From assembly GCA_963810285.1 (NCBI GenBank), contig CAWEMV010000002.1:1053177-1117176 (forward strand): a DNA stretch of 64,000 nucleotides, written 5' to 3'. This document shows positions 45,464 through 55,540 of this stretch, piece by piece. Position 1 is the first letter of the stretch; each line of letters begins with the position of its first letter. Origin of the DNA: an uncultured Chloroflexia bacterium. GTDB taxonomy: Bacteria; Chloroflexota; Limnocylindria; Limnocylindrales; CSP1-4. A model generated the notes under the pieces. The model saw only the letters and a list, made by a program, of their open reading frames with translations, had not been told where the DNA came from and did no database searches. A program made the position numbers and the translations under genes.

Positions 45464-46377
45464 TCGCGCACCAGATCGGCTCTTCGATCGAGGATCCGGT
45501 ACTCGATCACTGTCAGCAACAGGATCACGGCGAGCAGGATCATGGCCATCGCCTGCGCATAGCCGACCTCGAAGAATCGGAACGCGGTGGCATACAGGTT
45601 CGTGGCCACGGTCTCCGTGGCGTGCGACGGCCCGCCGGCGGTCATGACCCAGACCATGTCGAAGATGCGCAAGGTCCCAAGCGTGGTCAGCAGGACCAGC
45701 GCGAACGTCTGAGGCCACAGCAGCGGCCACGTGACGCGCCGCAGCCGCTCGAACCGGCCGGCCCCCTCGAGGACCGCGAAGTCGTCGTATTCGCGCGGAA
45801 GGCCTTGGATCGCGGCGAGGTAGACGACCATGCTGAAGCCGGCGAACCGCCACAGGAAGGCGGCCATGATCGCCCACAGCGCCACGTCGGCGTCCGCGAG
45901 CGGCGCGAAGGTGGCGGTGTCGAGGCCGAGTGCCGCCCCGACCGTGGGCACGATCCCGAAGAACGGAGCGAAGAGGAACTTCCAGACCGTGCCGACGGCC
46001 ACGGGAGCCAGCACGAACGGCACGATGAACACGAGGATGAAGAACGACCTGCCCCGCTGGACGTCCGCCACGAGAAGGGCGAGGAGCAGTCCAAGTCCCG
46101 TCTGCAGCACGACCGCGACCGTCGTGAACAGCACCGTGTTGAGCAGGCTCTGGTGGAAGACGGCGTCGCCGAGGATCGCCCGCGCGAAGTGGTCGAACCC
46201 GACGAAGTCCGTCTGATCGAAGCCCTGCGTTTCGTGAAGGCTCAGCACGACCCCGTAGACCAAGGGATAGAGGAGGAAGACGCCCAGGATCGTCAGCGTC
46301 GGCACGAGGAACAACAGGTCGATGCCACGTTCGCGACGCGTACTGGTTCCGTAGCGAATCGGTCGGGCCATCGTCAC
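45460..46377 (-). CDS. carbohydrate ABC transporter permease (MalF-like)
   Basis: 305 aa with the EAA-loop region REYDDFAVLEGAGRFERLRRVTWPLLWP. Confidence 0.88.
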   Translation of the reverse strand: MTMARPIRYGTSTRRERGIDLLFLVPTLTILGVFLLYPLVYGVVLSLHETQGFDQTDFVGFDHFARAILGDAVFHQSLLNTVLFTTVAVVLQTGLGLLLALLVADVQRGRSFFILVFIVPFVLAPVAVGTVWKFLFAPFFGIVPTVGAALGLDTATFAPLADADVALWAIMAAFLWRFAGFSMVVYLAAIQGLPREYDDFAVLEGAGRFERLRRVTWPLLWPQTFALVLLTTLGTLRIFDMVWVMTAGGPSHATETVATNLYATAFRFFEVGYAQAMAMILLAVILLLTVIEYRILDRRADLVRE

Positions 46378-46593
46378 TCCGAGCCGGTTGGGGCAGAATC
46401 AACGATACGTGGCACTCCGGTCGGGTGACGGTCGGCGTCTGCCCAGGTCAGACGGGTCCGCGCTCGGGCCGCGCCACGTCCAGCGAGGATCAGCCCCATC
46501 GAACCGGTCACGCGCACGTCGTACAGCTCCTGGCATCGCACGGTCGATCGTCGAGAGCTGCTGAAACTTGGCGCAGCCGCTACCGCCGGCGCC

Positions 46594-47895
46594 GTGCTTG
46601 CGCCACTGGTCGCCGCCTGTGGCGCGCCCAGCGGCAGCGTGGCGCCGATCGATGCGAACTCCCCGGCGCTGAACGGGCCGATCACCGTGCTCACCGGGGG
46701 CGGCGATCCGACGGTCGAACCTGTCCTCAAGAAGGTCTACGACGACTTCAAGGCGCAGAACCCCGGGGTCGAGTGGGACATCCGCGCGCTCCCGGGTGGT
46801 GGGCCGGAGTGGGATCGACTCGCGCGTGCCGCATTGGCCGCGGGCGAGCCTGTGGGTCTCGTCGTGATCAACGGTCAACAGCTTCGCGGCTGGGTGCGGG
46901 ACGGCCTCCTCGCCGACCTCGGGTCCGACCCGCGGCTGGCAACGGTGCTCGCACGGATCCCGGAACAGTTCCACTTCGGCGGGTCCGGGGAGGACACGAC
47001 GAGAGCCATTCCGCTGGCCATCACGAAGGGCATCGATACGACGGGGATGTTCTACAACAAGGCCCTGCTGGACCGTGCCTCGCTCGCGCCTCCCAAGTCG
47101 ATCGCGGACCTCAAGGCGATGGTCGAGCCCCTTGCGGCGTTCGGTGTCGCCCCGCTCGTCCACTGCTCTGGGGACGTCTTCTTCAACCAGATCCTGGTCA
47201 CCTGGCTGCTGCCGATGATCGCCGAACGCGCGGGCGACCCCGTCGCATTCGCCGAGAGGACGGTCCGCGGCGAGGTCGGCTACGACAGCCCCGAGTGGCT
47301 CGAGACCTTTCAGACGATCGCCGATCTGCGGATCTCGGGCGTCCTGCTCGAAGGGTCCGGCGCAACGGACTACCTGGCCATGCAGCAGCTCCTGCTGCAG
47401 GGGAAGGCTGCGATGACCTTCAACGGGACGTGGCTGCTTCCGCTCCTGCGGCAAGGTTCCCCATCGGTGGAGTTCGATCTGCATGTCGTGCCGCCGCCAC
47501 TCGTCGATGGTGCGACCACGCCCCGGCCGATCCTCGCATGGGGCGGGCTCGCGATGCCCGCCACATCGACGGCGAACCGTGAGGGCGTGTACGCGTTCAT
47601 GGAGTATGCGAGTCGAGCAGACGTCGACAGGTCCATCGTCGCGGGTCTGCAGGTCTACTCGCCCATCCCTGACTCGAACATCGAGATCGAGGACGAGATC
47701 GCCCAGGAGTTCCTGCCCATGTTCGCGAACGCCATCACGTCGCTCGACTGGCTGTGGGAACCGGAGATCACCGCCGAGATCGACCGTCAGGTCCAGGCGC
47801 TCGTGAAGGGCGACACCGACGCTCGGACGGCCGCAGCGGCCGTCGAGGCTGTCGCACAGGAACTCCGTTCTTCAGGCCGTAGCTACTACTCCTGA
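46594..47895 (+). CDS. ABC transporter substrate-binding lipoprotein (family 1 sugar-binding); true start probably upstream near 46498
   Basis: The ORF-track start (GTG 46594) leaves only MLAPLVAAC before the lipobox Cys. The same frame upstream encodes DRRELLKLGAAATAGAVLAPLVAACG, a Tat motif plus lipobox, with no ATG/GTG/TTG. See finding. Confidence 0.85.
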   Translation: MLAPLVAACGAPSGSVAPIDANSPALNGPITVLTGGGDPTVEPVLKKVYDDFKAQNPGVEWDIRALPGGGPEWDRLARAALAAGEPVGLVVINGQQLRGWVRDGLLADLGSDPRLATVLARIPEQFHFGGSGEDTTRAIPLAITKGIDTTGMFYNKALLDRASLAPPKSIADLKAMVEPLAAFGVAPLVHCSGDVFFNQILVTWLLPMIAERAGDPVAFAERTVRGEVGYDSPEWLETFQTIADLRISGVLLEGSGATDYLAMQQLLLQGKAAMTFNGTWLLPLLRQGSPSVEFDLHVVPPPLVDGATTPRPILAWGGLAMPATSTANREGVYAFMEYASRADVDRSIVAGLQVYSPIPDSNIEIEDEIAQEFLPMFANAITSLDWLWEPEITAEIDRQVQALVKGDTDARTAAAAVEAVAQELRSSGRSYYS

Positions 47896-47935
47896 GAGGC
47901 CCGGGCGTGCCGACTGACGCAGGCTGGCCGCCCTC

Positions 47936-48475
47936 CTACGGCGTCACGTCGAGCTCGCCCACCAGCGGCGGCATCGTGCTCGGGTCGATCTCGAACACCA
48001 CCCTGTACCGGCCCGGCTCGGACGCGGGCACCGTCCCGCTGAAGCACGGCACTGCATCCTCGAACGTGACGCTGTCACCGAGATCGGTGAGCTCGGTGCC
48101 ATCGCGCTCGATGCTTACGGTCACGGTGGCGCCGGCCGGCAGCTCTGGCTCGAACGCAGCCACGAAACGGATGGTCTCGCCGACCGTGAACGAGTCGGCG
48201 ACGTTCGCGAGCTCGCATTCGGATCCGCCGGTGCCGAACCCGAGGGACTGGGTGCTCGCGCCAGCGTTCGACTGGCTGAACAGGTACATCGCGCCCAGAC
48301 TCGTCGCGATCAGGAGCACGGGCACGAGCAGCAGGCACCCGACCAACACGAACCGACGCCGCGGGTGGTCGGGACCGGGCGTCGCCCAGCCGGATGCAGG
48401 GGTCGGTGGCGCGCTGTCAGGGGCGTCCGGCGGAGTCGATCCGCCCGGAGGCGTCGCGCCTCCATCGGTCGTCAC
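47936..48475 (-). CDS. hypothetical membrane-anchored protein
   Basis: 179 aa: a Pro-rich N-terminus, one TM helix (FVLVGCLLLVPVLLIATSLGAMYLF), then a ~110-aa extracytoplasmic domain. Confidence 0.45.
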   Translation of the reverse strand: MTTDGGATPPGGSTPPDAPDSAPPTPASGWATPGPDHPRRRFVLVGCLLLVPVLLIATSLGAMYLFSQSNAGASTQSLGFGTGGSECELANVADSFTVGETIRFVAAFEPELPAGATVTVSIERDGTELTDLGDSVTFEDAVPCFSGTVPASEPGRYRVVFEIDPSTMPPLVGELDVTP

Positions 48476-48546
48476 GGGGCCAGTCTAGGCCCCATGTTGG
48501 CGGCCCAGGCGTGCTAGCCTCCGGCGCACCCGCCCCGAGGGACGCG

Positions 48547-48948
48547 ATGCAGGTCTTCCGCCCGGATGACGTCGATCTGGCCACCGCCCCCGCCGACCCC
48601 GCATTCGCGGGCCCGACGGGCAGCGACGCGCCGATGACCCGCTCGGCCGCGAGCATCCAATCCACCGATGGCGGCTTCCGCACGGGCGTCTGGGAGAGCG
48701 GACCGGGCACCACCGACTACACGCACCCGACCGACGAGTGGGCCTACATCCTCGAGGGCGAGGCCAGCGTGACCGCCGCCGGCCGCACCCACGAGCTGCG
48801 GCCCGGGGACGTGTTCTTCACGCCGGCCGGTGAGCGGATGACGTGGGTCGTCCCCACCCACATCCGAAAGGTCTGGGTGCACCGCCGTACGCCGCTCCCC
48901 GGGCGCCTCCGACGCAAGCTCGCGAAGGTCCTCGGCCGAACGACGTAG
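48547..48948 (+). CDS. cupin domain protein (Cupin_3/DUF861-like)
   Basis: ATG 48547 follows GAGGGA. GVWESGPGTTDYTHPTDEWAYILEGEASVT...RPGDVFFTPAGERMTWVV is the typical pattern. Confidence 0.68.
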   Translation: MQVFRPDDVDLATAPADPAFAGPTGSDAPMTRSAASIQSTDGGFRTGVWESGPGTTDYTHPTDEWAYILEGEASVTAAGRTHELRPGDVFFTPAGERMTWVVPTHIRKVWVHRRTPLPGRLRRKLAKVLGRTT

Positions 48949-49050
48949 GGCTGCCCGCTCGTCGGGTATCTTGGGGCGGCCACCCAGCCGTCGTTCTGGC
49001 ACGGACCCGCGCCAGTCCTGCGCACCACCCCCGTCATCCGGGAAGGAGCC

Positions 49051-50868
49051 ATGGACCACGAGCCCGTCTTCATCACGACCCTCGCGATCGGCCTGACCGC
49101 CGCGTTCATCGGCGGGTTCGTGGCGCGCCGGATCGGGCTGCCGGCGATCGTCGGCTACATCCTGGCCGGCGTCGTGATCGGCCCGTTCACGCCGGGGCTG
49201 ATCGCCGACGCCGCGATCGCGACGGAGCTGGCCGAGCTCGGCGTGATCCTGCTGATGTTCGGCGTGGGCATCCACTTCTCGTTCCGCGACCTGCTGGCGG
49301 TCCGCTCCATCGCCATCCCGGGGGCGATCGTCCAGACCGTCGTCTCCGTCGCCCTGGGCATGTGGCTCGGTGCCGCACTCGGGTGGGATCCTGGTGGCGG
49401 ACTGGTCCTCGGGCTGGCCGTGTCCATCGCCAGCACCGTCGTCGTGCTCCGGGCGCTGGACGATCGCGGTGAGCAGGACACGGTCCAGGGCCACATCGCG
49501 ATCGGCTGGCTGATCGTCGAGGATCTGTTGGCCATCGTCGTGCTGGTGCTGCTCCCGACCATCGCGCCCCTGATCGGCGGTGCGGGCGAGACGACAGGCG
49601 CGAATCCGGTCATCGAGATCGCCGTGGCGCTGGGCAAGGCGGCGATCTTCGCGATCCTGATGGTCGCGGCCGGGGCCCGGATCGTCCCGTGGCTGATGCT
49701 GGCGGTCGCACGGGAAGGCTCGCGCGAGCTGTTCTCCCTGGCGGTGCTCGCGATCGCGCTCGGGCTGGCCTACATCGCATCGAGCGTGTTCGGCGTGTCG
49801 TTCGCGCTCGGTGCCTTCCTCGCCGGCGCCGTCGTCGGTGAGTCCGACATGAGTCACCAGGCGGCGGCGGATGCCCTCCCGTTCCGGGACGCGTTCGCCG
49901 TCCTGTTCTTCGTGGCGGCCGGGATGCTGATCGACCCCGCCTTCCTCATCGCGAATCCGCTCCCGGTGCTGGCGCTGGTCGCGCTGATCATCGTGGGCAA
50001 GGCCGTCACGAAGCTGGTCGTCATCGGCGTCGCCGGGTATCCCCCGCGGGTGGCGCTGACTGTCGCCGCCGGACTCGCCCAGATCGGCGAGTTCTCGTTC
50101 ATCATCGCCACGCTGGGTCGGACCCTCGGCCTGCTGCCCGAGGATGGGTTCCAGCTGATCGTCGCGGGTGCCCTCGTCTCGATCGCCGTCAACCCCCTGC
50201 TGTTCGCGGCGACCGGGCCGCTCGAGCAGCGCCTGCGCGACAGCCCGCTCGTGCTGGCCCTGCAGCGGCGGCGCATCGGCGAGCTCGCAACGCTCGAGGA
50301 GGCAGCGACGACCTCGCTCGTCAACCACGCCGTGATCTGCGGGTACGGACGGGTCGGCCGTCTCATCGGGCCGGCGCTCGCGCGACGCGGCTTCCGGTAC
50401 GTGGTCATCACCCAGCAGCGCGACGAGGTCGACCGCCTCCGGTCCGAGGGTGTCACCGCGATCTATGGCGACGCCGCGAACACGGAGGTGCTCGAGATGG
50501 TCGCCGTTGCTCACGCCCGCGTGGTCGTCGTCGCGACACCGGAGCCGAACGAGACGCGCCTCATCGTCGAGCGCGTGCGCGCGCTGGCCCCGAACATCGA
50601 CCTCGTGGTCCGGACCCACAGCGACGTGGAGGCCGCGCGGCTGCGCTCGCTCGCCGGGAAGGTCCAGGCCGTCCACGGCGAACGTGAGCTTGCCGTACAG
50701 ATGGCGCGGTATGCCCTCCGGCGCTTCGGCCTCAGCGCCGCCGAGGCGGAAGCGATCGCCCAGGGTCTCCGCGGCCGGGGCGTGGTCGTCGCGGAATCGC
50801 CGTCACGGGGGGTCTCGTATCGGATCGGCCGAGCGTGGACCCGGATCCGCGGCCGGGAGGAGGGCTAG
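49051..50868 (+). CDS. CPA2-family cation:proton antiporter with C-terminal RCK/TrkA-N domain (YbaL/Kef-like)
   Basis: 605 aa with ~12 TM helices (LGLPAIVGYILAGVVIGP...). The C-terminal Rossmann region is HAVICGYGRVGRLIG. Confidence 0.88.
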   Translation: MDHEPVFITTLAIGLTAAFIGGFVARRIGLPAIVGYILAGVVIGPFTPGLIADAAIATELAELGVILLMFGVGIHFSFRDLLAVRSIAIPGAIVQTVVSVALGMWLGAALGWDPGGGLVLGLAVSIASTVVVLRALDDRGEQDTVQGHIAIGWLIVEDLLAIVVLVLLPTIAPLIGGAGETTGANPVIEIAVALGKAAIFAILMVAAGARIVPWLMLAVAREGSRELFSLAVLAIALGLAYIASSVFGVSFALGAFLAGAVVGESDMSHQAAADALPFRDAFAVLFFVAAGMLIDPAFLIANPLPVLALVALIIVGKAVTKLVVIGVAGYPPRVALTVAAGLAQIGEFSFIIATLGRTLGLLPEDGFQLIVAGALVSIAVNPLLFAATGPLEQRLRDSPLVLALQRRRIGELATLEEAATTSLVNHAVICGYGRVGRLIGPALARRGFRYVVITQQRDEVDRLRSEGVTAIYGDAANTEVLEMVAVAHARVVVVATPEPNETRLIVERVRALAPNIDLVVRTHSDVEAARLRSLAGKVQAVHGERELAVQMARYALRRFGLSAAEAEAIAQGLRGRGVVVAESPSRGVSYRIGRAWTRIRGREEG

Positions 50869-50875
50869 GGCTGCC

Positions 50876-52723
50876 TCAGCGGCCGATCAGCGTGATGCCG
50901 GTGATCCGTGCGTAGTTCGAGAACCACGTGTCGCGGTGGACGACCTTCCCGCTGCGCTCGCGCACGGTCCGGGTCACCGAGACCTGGAAGCCGTTGACGG
51001 GGTACTCGATCCGCTTCGACGACCCGGCCGGCATGCTCGAGGTGTACTGGACCGAGTCGGTGCCGTACCGGAAGTTCCGCTTCGGCCCGGTCGCGAACGA
51101 GACCCGGCGCCCGTTCGGGACGCTGAAGATCTCGAACTTCACGTAGCCGCTGCCGCCGCTGCGCCAGCCCATGCCACGGATGAGGAGCGGGTAGTCGGTG
51201 TCGTTGGTGAACGACATCGTCTGCTTGGAGCCGCCGGCGCTGATGAACACCGTCGCGTCGAGCCCCACCGGGTAGCGGTCGATGTAGTAGTAGTGGTTGC
51301 GCCGGGCGCCCATCTCGTAGCCCGCCCGGGCCGCGGCGTTGAACAGCGTCGTCGAGCAGGAGCAGATGCCGCCGGCCAGGGCGCCCTGCGGCTCGGTGCG
51401 ACCGTTGATGATCGCGCCGCCCGAGCGATAGCCCTTGGATCGGGTGACGGGCCCGACCGCGTCCCAGAAGTCGAACTTGGCGCCCGGGGCGACGACGTAG
51501 CCGTTGATCAGTCGGGCGGGGATCCAGATGTTGGCCCCGAAGCCGTTCTTCTCGCTGATCGGGAAGTACGTCGTCCACTGCGAGATCTTGCGCATCTTCG
51601 GGCGGGCGGCCTTCGCCTCGGCGGTCGTGAGCGCCGGCTCGAGCACCTTGAGCGACGGCTCGAGCGTGGCGGCGGCGGCGCCGCCGACCCGCGCGTCGAG
51701 CAGGTCCTGGACCTGCTTGCGGGTCGCCTTTTGGTCGAGCTTGAAGCCCGTGCGGCTCGCGGTCACGCCGGTGATGCGGCCGTTGGCCGATGTGTACGAC
51801 GCGTTGACCGGCGAGCGGTCCACGTTCCTGGCGATGGTCTTGAGGACCGTCGGGAGGCCCGCCGTGTCGAGGCTGACGCCGTACCCGCCATCGGCGGTCG
51901 GCGCGAAGCTCAGCCAGGAGCGCAGGCGCGAGCCGGTGATCTTCTGGTCGTTGTCCTTGACCGCGATCGCGATCGGCGCGCTGATGCGATCGGCGTCCTC
52001 CTTGGCGGTCGTCGCCTCGTCGGTCGTGATCGTCGGCGTCATGAACCGCAGCGGCATCTCATACGTGAGCTCGGCCGGTGCGTCGAGCGTGCCGAGCTCG
52101 GCCAGAGCGGCCTCGACCGCCGGGGCCGGCTCTGCCAGGCGGCCCTCGACCGCCGGCACCACCGTGAACGCCTGGTCGACCTGCGAGACGAACGAGTCAC
52201 GTGGCTCGCGCGCGAGCGAGTCGGCGAACCCGAGCGCGCGCTGGGCGAGCGCGTCGGCGTCGAACGTGATCTTCGGTGTCAGGCTCACGCCGCGGAGCGC
52301 GGTCCGCGCGTCGGCCACGAACCGATCGACGACGTTGCCTTCCCGCCCGATCCCCATCGCCTCGGCGACCATCGCCTCGACATCCGGGCCGCGGCCGATC
52401 TCGGCGAACGTGACGGTCTGCGCGTGCTCGCGGGCGCGGAACGTCACGGATCCCTCGCCGAGGTAGCCGTAGGTGGCGCGGATGGCCGCGGCGGCGGCGG
52501 CGGGGGCCTGGCCGGACAGGTCGAGCGAGCCGATCGAGACGCCCGGCAGGATGCGGCCGGCGTACTGGCTGTCGTAGGCGACCGCCGCGCCGACGCCGAT
52601 CGCGGTCGCCGCGATGAGGCCGATGAGGAACGCCACGGTGAACCGGAAACGCAGCGACGGCCGGCGCGCCGCGGGCACGTCGGGCGTCTGGAGAGCGACG
52701 GTCTCTGGGGTGGTCGTGGTCAT
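50876..52723 (-). CDS. VanW family protein
   Basis: N-terminal TM anchor and repeated PG-binding-like modules. The C-terminal VanW core is GGGICSCSTTLFNAAARAGYEMGARRNHYYYIDRYPVGLDATV. ATG 52723 chosen. Confidence 0.8.
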   Translation of the reverse strand: MTTTTPETVALQTPDVPAARRPSLRFRFTVAFLIGLIAATAIGVGAAVAYDSQYAGRILPGVSIGSLDLSGQAPAAAAAAIRATYGYLGEGSVTFRAREHAQTVTFAEIGRGPDVEAMVAEAMGIGREGNVVDRFVADARTALRGVSLTPKITFDADALAQRALGFADSLAREPRDSFVSQVDQAFTVVPAVEGRLAEPAPAVEAALAELGTLDAPAELTYEMPLRFMTPTITTDEATTAKEDADRISAPIAIAVKDNDQKITGSRLRSWLSFAPTADGGYGVSLDTAGLPTVLKTIARNVDRSPVNASYTSANGRITGVTASRTGFKLDQKATRKQVQDLLDARVGGAAAATLEPSLKVLEPALTTAEAKAARPKMRKISQWTTYFPISEKNGFGANIWIPARLINGYVVAPGAKFDFWDAVGPVTRSKGYRSGGAIINGRTEPQGALAGGICSCSTTLFNAAARAGYEMGARRNHYYYIDRYPVGLDATVFISAGGSKQTMSFTNDTDYPLLIRGMGWRSGGSGYVKFEIFSVPNGRRVSFATGPKRNFRYGTDSVQYTSSMPAGSSKRIEYPVNGFQVSVTRTVRERSGKVVHRDTWFSNYARITGITLIGR

Positions 52724-52816
52724 CGGGTGCGCAATCCTATCAGCCGGAAGCAAGCATCCCCTGTGCTCCGGGCTCCCTCATGGACGCGTGCCTGCGTCCG
52801 GTCGTGACGCGGAGCG

Positions 52817-53785
52817 TCAGCCGCCGCGTGGCACGAGCACGACCCGGCGGTTCGGCTCCTCGCCGATCGACTGGGTCGCGACGCCCTCGTGGTCGCGCAG
52901 GGTCAGGTGGATCCAGCGCCGCTCGAGCGCGGGCATCGGCTCGAGCTGGAGCATCTTGCCGGTCTCCATGACCCGCGCCGCGGCCCGATCGGCGAGCTCC
53001 CGGAGCTGGCGCTCGCGGCGGCCCCGGTAGTCCTCGACATCGACGAGCACGCGCGTCCACGAGCCCATCTCCTTCGACAGCATCAGGTTCACGAGGTGCT
53101 GCAGGGCAGACAGTCGCTCACCCTTGCGCCCGATGAGGGCGCCGAGCGCATCGCGATCGTCGCCCTGGGCGACGACGTTGAGCCGGCTGGTCTCGCCGGC
53201 GGCGACCTCGACCTTGGCGTCGAAGCCGAGGTGGCCCATCAGGGTCTCGAGGATGCGCTGGCCGGCGGCGAGCGCCTCGGGCGACGCCTCGGAGGCCTCG
53301 AGGTCGGCGCGTTCCGCCGCGAGCGAGCCACGGGCGGCAGCCACCTCGGCCGCCTCGGACGCCGACACGTCTGCTCCGCCGCGCTGCGGGCCACGCTGCC
53401 CGCCGCCATCGCGCGGACGGTCGTCTCGTCGGCCCCGGCTCCGGTCGTCGCGCCGCGGTGGGCGGTCGCCGTACTCGCGGGGCGGTCGGTCGTCACGACG
53501 CGGCGGGCGGTCGTCCTGGCGCGGTGGGCGGTCGCTGTAGTCGCGGGGTGGTGCGGCCGGCATCGGCTGGGACGCCGCAGCGTCACGCTTGGGGGCGGTC
53601 CCGCCGAGCGCCGACCGCGGGGCGGCCACGATCCTGGCGGGCTCGGCACCCATGCCCAGGACGCCGCGGCTGCCCGGGGTGAGGATCTCGAAGTCGAGGT
53701 CGTTGAGCTCGGCCCCGAACTCGTCGCGGGCCGCCTTGAGCGCCTCCTCGACGGTCTTGCCGGTGAATTCCTTGTACGCACTCAT
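52817..53785 (-). CDS. jag: Jag/KhpB RNA-binding protein (Jag_N + KH + R3H)
   Basis: ORF 52817..54778 trimmed to ATG 53785 (MSAYKEFTGKTVEEALKAARDEFG). The R3H region is LEPMPALERRWIHLTL. A long Arg/Asp/Pro repeat forms the linker. Confidence 0.85.
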   Translation of the reverse strand: MSAYKEFTGKTVEEALKAARDEFGAELNDLDFEILTPGSRGVLGMGAEPARIVAAPRSALGGTAPKRDAAASQPMPAAPPRDYSDRPPRQDDRPPRRDDRPPREYGDRPPRRDDRSRGRRDDRPRDGGGQRGPQRGGADVSASEAAEVAAARGSLAAERADLEASEASPEALAAGQRILETLMGHLGFDAKVEVAAGETSRLNVVAQGDDRDALGALIGRKGERLSALQHLVNLMLSKEMGSWTRVLVDVEDYRGRRERQLRELADRAAARVMETGKMLQLEPMPALERRWIHLTLRDHEGVATQSIGEEPNRRVVLVPRGG

Positions 53786-53787
53786 GG

Positions 53788-54954
53788 TCAGCGTCGTCTC
53801 CCTCGTCGGCCCTGACGACCGCGCTCGCGCTTGCGGATCGTCTTGTCGGCCGTCTTCTTCTTCTCCGCGTCGGTGAGGATCGCGGCACGCTTGCTGGGCT
53901 CGGGTGGTGGTGGCATGGCGACCGGGAAGCGGGGCGTGTGGTCGACCGCGAACGCCGGCGTCCAGCCGAAGATCGGGAACATCGAGCCCCAGCCCACGAT
54001 CAGGTACTGCTGCACGATCGAGAAGATCGTCGCCACGATCCAATAGATGAACAGCCCGGCCGGCAGGAACCCGCCGTACACGACCGAGATGATCGGCAGG
54101 AAGAGCATCATCTGCCGCTGGACCCGGACGTTCGGGTCGTCGTTGGTGGGGTCGGCCGCCGGGAGCATCATCCGCGACTGGACGAGCTGGAGCAGGGCGG
54201 ACAGGATCGCCAGGATGCTGATGCCGAAGCCCGCGACGGCGAAGATCGTCGACGGCTGGCTGACGTCGATGGACGTCCCGAGGAAGGGGATGACCGTGTC
54301 GATGCACGGTCCGAGCGCGGCGTTCGGCATGCCCGTGGCCGGGTCGACGTTGGTGCACGTCAGTGGGACGACCTGGACACCGGCAACGGTCAGCATGGCC
54401 GTGGGGTCGACGTTCGTCAGCCCGTTCTGGATGACCGAGTACATGATGAACAGCAGCGGCAGCTGCAGCAGCAGCGGCAGGCAGCCGGCCAGGACGTTGA
54501 CGCCCCGCTCGCGCATGAGCTCCTGCTGGGCCATGCGGATCTTCATCGCGTCGCCCTTGAACCGCTTCTTGATCTCGTTCAGCTCGGGCTGAAGGAGCTG
54601 CATGCGTCGCTGCGAGACCAGCTGCTTGCGGTAGAGGGGGATGAGGACCGCTCGGACGACGAGCGTCAGCACGACGATCGCCCAGGCGATGGCCGCCGGG
54701 AACCCGACGGTGTAGAGGAACTCGTAGACCGCGACCATGATGATGAACATCGCCTGGAAGATCGGCGTGAAGAGCCACGCCAACAGGCTGATCGGATCCG
54801 CGCCGGGGGACGCCGGCGCCAGCGGCGGCGCTGCCGGCGTGGGCGATGCGCCGGGGGCGCCCGGCACGCCGGGGACGCAGGCGATCACGACCGGGATGAT
54901 CGCGAAGAGCAGGAGCCCGGGCAGCATGCGCCGCAGGGCGGGCGAGAGCGTCAC
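53788..54954 (-). CDS. yidC: membrane protein insertase YidC
   Basis: 388 aa with RAVLIPLYRKQLVSQRRMQLLQPELNEIKKRFKGD, the LAGCLPLLLQLPLLF core and a basic C-terminal tail. Confidence 0.92.
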   Translation of the reverse strand: MTLSPALRRMLPGLLLFAIIPVVIACVPGVPGAPGASPTPAAPPLAPASPGADPISLLAWLFTPIFQAMFIIMVAVYEFLYTVGFPAAIAWAIVVLTLVVRAVLIPLYRKQLVSQRRMQLLQPELNEIKKRFKGDAMKIRMAQQELMRERGVNVLAGCLPLLLQLPLLFIMYSVIQNGLTNVDPTAMLTVAGVQVVPLTCTNVDPATGMPNAALGPCIDTVIPFLGTSIDVSQPSTIFAVAGFGISILAILSALLQLVQSRMMLPAADPTNDDPNVRVQRQMMLFLPIISVVYGGFLPAGLFIYWIVATIFSIVQQYLIVGWGSMFPIFGWTPAFAVDHTPRFPVAMPPPPEPSKRAAILTDAEKKKTADKTIRKRERGRQGRRGRRR

Positions 54955-54969
54955 CGGCGTCTGCCCTCG

Positions 54970-55176
54970 TCAGCGAACGGGGTCATACCCACCCGGGTTC
55001 CATGGATGACATCGAGCGATCCGCTTGGCGCCCATCCAGCTTCCCTTCAACAGCCCGTACTTGCCGATCGCCTGCTCGGTGTAGTGCGAGCACGTCGGCT
55101 CGAACCGGCAGGATGAGGGGAGCCAGGCGAACACGATCCGGTAGAGCCTGATGAGCCCGATCCCGATCTGTTTCAT
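54970..55176 (-). CDS. yidD: membrane protein insertion efficiency factor YidD
   Basis: 68 aa. [37 protein letters not shown] is canonical. Confidence 0.9.
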   Translation of the reverse strand: MKQIGIGLIRLYRIVFAWLPSSCRFEPTCSHYTEQAIGKYGLLKGSWMGAKRIARCHPWNPGGYDPVR

Positions 55177-55523
55177 CGACTGGTCCCTCCGAGCACGCCG
55201 CCCCGGCCAAGCGTCCGGCGCAACGCTCCGACCAGCGCGTCGTGGTCGGCCCTGACGATCGCAGGCCGGGCGATGATGAGGACGTCCCAGCCGGGCTGGA
55301 ACGAGGGCGCCATCACCCTGAGCGCCTCACGAAGTCGGCGGCGGACCCGGTTCCGAGCCACGGCACTTCCGAGTGCCCGGCCGGTCGCGAGGCCGAAGCG
55401 CGTCGTCTCGAGTTCGGTCCGCAGGAATCGCGCGGAGAGCAGGCTGTGGGAGCGCGTCGTTCCCGCCTCCTGGATCGCCGCGAAGTCCTGCGGTCGGGAG
55501 AGCATCACGAGTCGCGGCGTCAC
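55173..55523 (-). CDS. rnpA: ribonuclease P protein component
   Basis: ORF 55173..55913 trimmed to GTG 55523, 18 nt after the rpmH stop. [13 protein letters not shown]...[17 protein letters not shown] is the RnpA RNR motif. Confidence 0.85.
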   Translation of the reverse strand: MTPRLVMLSRPQDFAAIQEAGTTRSHSLLSARFLRTELETTRFGLATGRALGSAVARNRVRRRLREALRVMAPSFQPGWDVLIIARPAIVRADHDALVGALRRTLGRGGVLGGTSR

Positions 55524-55540
55524 ACGGCCGCGATCGCTGG

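Noticed and set aside
39622-52800. Possible genomic island integrated at the tmRNA 3' end.
   Set aside because: No integrase, recombinase, transposase or phage gene is present, and I could not find a direct repeat of the tmRNA 3' end by eye. The content looks like ordinary accessory metabolism and transport genes. It is kept only as a low-interest note in the operon finding.
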